Assembly (NCBI GenBank): GCA_963748625.1
Contig: CAVVJT010000003.1
Coordinates: 32,001 to 96,000 of the forward strand
Source of the DNA: an uncultured Chloroflexia bacterium
GTDB lineage: Bacteria > Chloroflexota > Limnocylindria > Limnocylindrales > CSP1-4
DNA length: 64,000 nucleotides
Direction of reading: 5' to 3'
Under the pieces are notes generated by a model. The model was not told the origin of the DNA. It was given only the letters and a program-made list of their open reading frames with translations, and did not search any database. Position 1 is the stretch's first letter. Each line of letters starts with the position of its first letter. Of the stretch, positions 59,960 through 64,000 are shown piece by piece. The position numbers and the translations under genes were made by a program.

Positions 59960-60628
59960 ATGAGCAACCCAGAGCGGGCGCCGGACTCCGGCGCCCGTCC
60001 TCGTGCCCGGAAGCCCACGCCTGCAGAGCGTCGGGAGCAGCGCGCCCAGGTGGAGAGCACCGGCGAGGTGCTCGACGCCGCCGCCCGCTACCTCGAGGCA
60101 CGTCCGCGGTCCCAGGCCGAGGTCCAGGCCAAGCTGCTCCGGCTCGGGTACCGCCCGGAGCTCGTGGAGGGAGTGATCGCCCGGCTCCTGGACCTCGGCT
60201 ACCTCGACGACGAGGCCTTCGCCCGGGCCTGGGTCGAGTCACGGGATAGGGCCAGCCCGCGTGGCGAGCACGCCCTGCGCACCGAGCTCGGACGCAAGGG
60301 CGTCGCGCGTGACGTCATAGTCACGGTGCTGGACGAGCGCCGCGAGGTTGCCCGGACACCGGGGGGTCCTTCGGGCGCGGGGGACGCTGAGGCTCCCTCC
60401 GCGGACGAGGTCGCGGCGGAACGCCTGCTGCGCAAGCGCCTGGTATCGATCCTGCGTGAGCCAGATGCCCGCAAGCGCCGCCAGAAGGCCTACGCGCTCC
60501 TCGCGCGGAGCGGGTTCTCGCCCGACGTCTGTGCAGCCGTCAGCCGATCCGTGCTTGAGAGCGCCGATGATGACGTCCACGAGGATGCCGGCGCCGACGA
60601 CGATGGCCCCGCCTTGGCCGATACCTGA
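59960..60628 (+). CDS. recX: Regulatory protein RecX
   Basis: YL..RPRS..E...KL, GYLDD..FA, EL..KGV, L.R.GF; position after recA. Confidence 0.9.
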   Translation: MSNPERAPDSGARPRARKPTPAERREQRAQVESTGEVLDAAARYLEARPRSQAEVQAKLLRLGYRPELVEGVIARLLDLGYLDDEAFARAWVESRDRASPRGEHALRTELGRKGVARDVIVTVLDERREVARTPGGPSGAGDAEAPSADEVAAERLLRKRLVSILREPDARKRRQKAYALLARSGFSPDVCAAVSRSVLESADDDVHEDAGADDDGPALADT

Positions 60629-60646
60629 GCCGACGGGAACGCCGGG

Positions 60647-61408
60647 CTACGAGTACGCCGCGCGAACCTTCCAGGCGAGAGACGACAGCCCGGCCACGAG
60701 GCCTGGGGCCGCCCGCGCCTCGTCGAGGCCGCGGGCGAGCACCACCAGCACGTAACGAGGGGCGTCCGCGGGACGGATGAGCCCTGCGTCGTGATAGAGC
60801 CCTGCGATGGACCCTGTCTTGTGGGCGACATACGTTTCCTCGAGAAGACCTGCCGGTAGGCCCTCGTTGAAGGCCTGGTCCGCGAGGATCGCCTCCATCG
60901 CCGCGGATGCTGTCGTGCTGACCAGCGCTCGCCGGCCAATCGCCGCCAGGAGCCCGGCCAGGGCGGCCGCGGTCACCGTGTTGTGCAGCCCCGCCGCATG
61001 GGCGAGGTCGTCCTCGAGCCCGCGTCGCACGACGAGGCCCGGAAACCCGAGGTCGCGCGTGGTCGCGCTGATCGCCGTGGCACCCAGCCGGTCCACGAGG
61101 AGGTTGGTCGCGAGATTGCTGCTGTGGGTGATCATCGGCCGGGCGAGGTCCAGCAGCGACACGTGCTCGCACTCGCGCCCGTACAGCTCGAGCTCGGAGT
61201 CGTCAGCCGGGTCCAGAGCGAAGGGTGACCCGTCCGCGAGCGAGTGGAACCGGTTGCGGACCTCGATCATGTCGGACAGGGCGAGGGTGCCGGCCTCCGC
61301 CTGCCGGAAGAGCTCCACGAGCACCGGGACCTTCATCGTGGACGCGGCGTGAACCTCGGCATCAGCCTCAACCCGGAGGGCGCACCGCCTCCGGCCCTCT
61401 GGCGTCAC
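60647..61408 (-). CDS. Serine hydrolase, class A beta-lactamase-like fold
   Basis: AASTMK (SxxK), [10 protein letters not shown] (SxN), AHKTG, HDAG; no signal peptide; GTG start 7 nt after TAGCCT. Confidence 0.82.
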   Translation of the reverse strand: MTPEGRRRCALRVEADAEVHAASTMKVPVLVELFRQAEAGTLALSDMIEVRNRFHSLADGSPFALDPADDSELELYGRECEHVSLLDLARPMITHSSNLATNLLVDRLGATAISATTRDLGFPGLVVRRGLEDDLAHAAGLHNTVTAAALAGLLAAIGRRALVSTTASAAMEAILADQAFNEGLPAGLLEETYVAHKTGSIAGLYHDAGLIRPADAPRYVLVVLARGLDEARAAPGLVAGLSSLAWKVRAAYS

Positions 61409-61426
61409 CCGTAGTAGGCTACGCAT

Positions 61427-61595
61427 GCACCGGAAGCGGACCTGCGGGCCGCAACCGGCCGAGCCGCTGCAATCGATTGAGGGAGACGGGTCCTTTATCG
61501 GGCACCCGCTCACTCCCAGAGCCCAAATACACGGTCGGTGCAGCGTCGCCCGATCCCGAATCCTGTTGGCGCGCCCCGGGCACAACTTCCGCGGG
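61427..61595 (+). ncRNA. ssrS: Probable 6S RNA
   Basis: Own -10 TAGGCT (61415); rod fold CGGAAG/CTTCCG ends, central bubble, GCTGCAATCGATTG/CGGTCGGTGCAGC, GGGAG/CTCCC, CGGGT/ACCCG; directly upstream of rny. Confidence 0.55.
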
Positions 61596-61610
61596 CGGGA
61601 GGAACTGAAG

Positions 61611-63140
61611 ATGGATCCGATCGTCGCCATCGTGGCCATCGTGGCCGCGGGCGTCGTCGGCGTGGCCGTGGGCTTTGTGGTCCGCGGCGTGCTGGCGAAC
61701 CAGGGCATCAAGTCCGCCCAGGACAAGTCTGCTCGCATCGTGGCCGAGGCCCGTGCGCAGCAGAAGGACATGATCCTCGAGGCCAAGGACGAGAAGCTGC
61801 GCTTGCAGCGCGAGGCCGAGGACGAGGCCCGCCAGAAGCGCGGCGAGCTCACCAACCTGGAGCGGCGCCTGCTGGCCCGCGATGAGCAGCTCGACCAGCG
61901 GGCCGACATGCTCGAGGAGAAGAGCCGCAAGATCAACGACCGCGAGCGCGAGATCGAGCGCCAGCGCGATGAGCTCGGCCGGCTCAACCAGGAGCGGGTC
62001 GTCGCCCTCGAGCAGGTCGCGGGCATGTCCGCCGAGGACGCCAAGGGCGTGCTGCTCGAGGCTATCCGCGAGGAAGCCGAGCACGACGCCGTGAAGCTCG
62101 CCCGCTCCATCGAGCGCCGCGCCCGTGAGGAGGCCCAGGACAAGGCCCGCGAGGTCATCGTGACCGCGATGCAGCGCGTCGCCGCCGACCACACGGCCGA
62201 GCACACCGTCACCGTCGTCCACCTGCCCTCGGACGAGATGAAGGGACGCATCATCGGCCGCGAGGGGCGCAACATCCGCGCTCTCGAGCAGGCGACCGGC
62301 GTGGACCTGATCATCGACGACACCCCGGAAACCGTTGTCCTCTCGGGCTTCGATCCGGTCCGCCGCGAGGTTGCCCGGCTGGCGATCACCAAGCTGATCG
62401 CCGACGGTCGCATCCACCCCGGGCGCATCGAGGAGGTCGTCAACAAGGCTCGTGCGGAGGTCGAGCTCGTCATGCGCCAGGCGGGCGAGCAGGCCGCCTA
62501 CGATGCAGGCCTCCCGGGACTCCCGCAGGACCTGATCAAGACGCTTGGCCGGCTCAAGTACCGCACCAGCTACGGCCAGAACGTGCTTGTCCACTGCGTC
62601 GAAACGAGCCACCTGGCAGGGATCATCGCTGCCGAGGTCGGCGCGGACATCCAGGCGGCAAAGCTCGGTGGCCTGCTCCACGACATCGGCAAGGCTCTCG
62701 ACCACGAGATCGAGGGACCGCACGCGGCGATCGGCGCCAGCCTCGCCCAGAAGCACAACATGCCCTTCAAGGTGGTCAATGGCATCGCCGCCCACCACCA
62801 GGAGGTCGAGTACGCCTGCATCGAGGCGCCGATCGTGCAGATCGCCGATGCGATCAGCGCATCCCGTCCGGGAGCCCGCGGCGAGTCGATGGACACGTAC
62901 GTGAAGCGGCTGGAGGATCTCCAGGCGATCGCCGAGAGCTTCACCGGCGTGGAGCGCTCGTTCGCCGTCCAGGCAGGACGCGAGGTCCGGATCCTCGTCC
63001 GCCCCGAGGAGATCGACGACCTGACCGCCTCGCGGCTCGCCCGCGACATCGTCAAGAAGATCGAGGACAACCTCACCTACCCGGGCCAGATCAAGGTCAC
63101 CGTCATCCGCGAGACGCGCGCGGTCGAGTACGCAAAGTAG
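61611..63140 (+). CDS. rny: Ribonuclease Y
   Basis: N-terminal TM, coiled coil, [13 protein letters not shown] (KH), RTSYGQN, LLHDIGK (HD), [11 protein letters not shown]. Confidence 0.98.
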   Translation: MDPIVAIVAIVAAGVVGVAVGFVVRGVLANQGIKSAQDKSARIVAEARAQQKDMILEAKDEKLRLQREAEDEARQKRGELTNLERRLLARDEQLDQRADMLEEKSRKINDREREIERQRDELGRLNQERVVALEQVAGMSAEDAKGVLLEAIREEAEHDAVKLARSIERRAREEAQDKAREVIVTAMQRVAADHTAEHTVTVVHLPSDEMKGRIIGREGRNIRALEQATGVDLIIDDTPETVVLSGFDPVRREVARLAITKLIADGRIHPGRIEEVVNKARAEVELVMRQAGEQAAYDAGLPGLPQDLIKTLGRLKYRTSYGQNVLVHCVETSHLAGIIAAEVGADIQAAKLGGLLHDIGKALDHEIEGPHAAIGASLAQKHNMPFKVVNGIAAHHQEVEYACIEAPIVQIADAISASRPGARGESMDTYVKRLEDLQAIAESFTGVERSFAVQAGREVRILVRPEEIDDLTASRLARDIVKKIEDNLTYPGQIKVTVIRETRAVEYAK

Positions 63141-63159
63141 CGGCGGCCCGCGAGTGAGC

Positions 63160-64000
63160 ATGCACAGCCCGCGCGCAGGTCTGGGCAACCCGCCCAACGG
63201 CAATGCCCCGCGGCCGCGGGGGGCCTGTCGGGTGCTGATGATCGGCGACATCATCGGCAAGCCCGGCCGCCAGGCGGTGGAGCAGTTGCTGCCCGCCCTG
63301 CGCGATGAGCGCGGGATCGACTTCGTCACCGCCAACGGCGAGAACCTCGCCGGCGGCATGGGCCTCACGCAGGCCACCGCGGAGATGCTCTACGCCGTCG
63401 GCGTGGACGTCGTCACGTCCGGCAACCACATCTGGGACAAGCGGGAGATCTACGCGTACCTGGACCAGACGGACCGGGTGCTGCGCCCCCTCAACTACGG
63501 CACGCACGGGGTTCCCGGCCGGGGTTGGGGCACCTACGAGGCGCTCGACGGATCCGAGCTGGCGGTCATCAACCTCCAGGGCCGGACCACGATGCAGCCG
63601 ATCGACAACCCGTTCACGGATGCCGACCGGCTGTTCGACGAGGCGTCGGAGCCGCTGCCGCCGATCCGCCTGGTGGACTTCCACTGCGAGCTCACGTCCG
63701 AGAAGAACGCGCTCGGCCTGTACCTCGACGGCCGGGTGTCGGCGGTCGTGGGGACCCACACGCACGTGGTCACGGGCGATGAGCGGATCCTGCCCAAGGG
63801 GACCGCGTACCAGACGGACCTGGGCATGACCGGCCCGCTGTGGAGCGTGATCGGCTTCGACCCCGCCACCGTCCTGCCGCGCTTCATCAACGCGTTGCCC
63901 ACCCGCTTCGAGGTGGGGGAGAGCCCGGTCGTCTTCAACGCCTGCCAGCTGGACATCGATCCGGCGACCGGCCGCGCCCTGCAGATCGAGCGAATCCAGC
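63160..64000 (+). CDS. ymdB: YmdB/TIGR00282 metallophosphoesterase (runs off window)
   Basis: IGDIIGKPGR, ANGEN.AGG.G, TSGNHIWD, DFHCE.TSEK, GTHTHV, TD.GMTGP. Confidence 0.93.
   Translation, partial: MHSPRAGLGNPPNGNAPRPRGACRVLMIGDIIGKPGRQAVEQLLPALRDERGIDFVTANGENLAGGMGLTQATAEMLYAVGVDVVTSGNHIWDKREIYAYLDQTDRVLRPLNYGTHGVPGRGWGTYEALDGSELAVINLQGRTTMQPIDNPFTDADRLFDEASEPLPPIRLVDFHCELTSEKNALGLYLDGRVSAVVGTHTHVVTGDERILPKGTAYQTDLGMTGPLWSVIGFDPATVLPRFINALPTRFEVGESPVVFNACQLDIDPATGRALQIERIQ

Noticed and set aside
60647-61408. Functional antibiotic-resistance beta-lactamase
   Set aside because: No signal peptide and no clear class A omega-loop ExxLN; only the general serine-hydrolase fold is supported

Overview
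High-GC bacterial chromosome segment with no phage, IS, integrase or CRISPR. Gene order and protein style suggest a Chloroflexota lineage, possibly Ca. Limnocylindria (inference only). Positions 1-23 kb are semi-accessory: a metallophosphoesterase behind a MerR-type promoter, an XRE-B3/B4-PLP lyase operon, a cold-shock protein, HAD hydrolases, two divergent AlaDH/PNT-family paralogs, two HemG-like flavodoxins, heme-binding/HsmA/DoxX genes, a CPBP protease, a glycosyltransferase fused to a CysS-type C-terminal domain, and OppA-like/peptidase MA/DUF881x2/DUF951/MFS/amidohydrolase genes. Positions 23-64 kb are core: RNA methyltransferases, tRNA-Val(GAC), T-box-thrS, infC-rpmI-rplT, pheST, cvpA-mpg-mutS2, a class A PBP, tyrS, a his operon led by a YerC/TrpR-like regulator, EF-G2, yebC-ruvC-ruvA, ruvB, tgt, recA-recX, a probable 6S RNA, rny and ymdB. 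The best novelty candidates are the CysS_C-GT2 fusion (possible tRNA-directed glycosyltransferase, in a genome whose TGT looks queuine-salvage-like), the canavanine-system-like operon, a eukaryote-like zinc-finger protein, an 8-bp-period his operator, and pervasive leaderless promoters. Frameshifts occur in four genes, including essential pheT, and are most likely sequencing indels. All calls are by eye; no database searches or folding programs were run.
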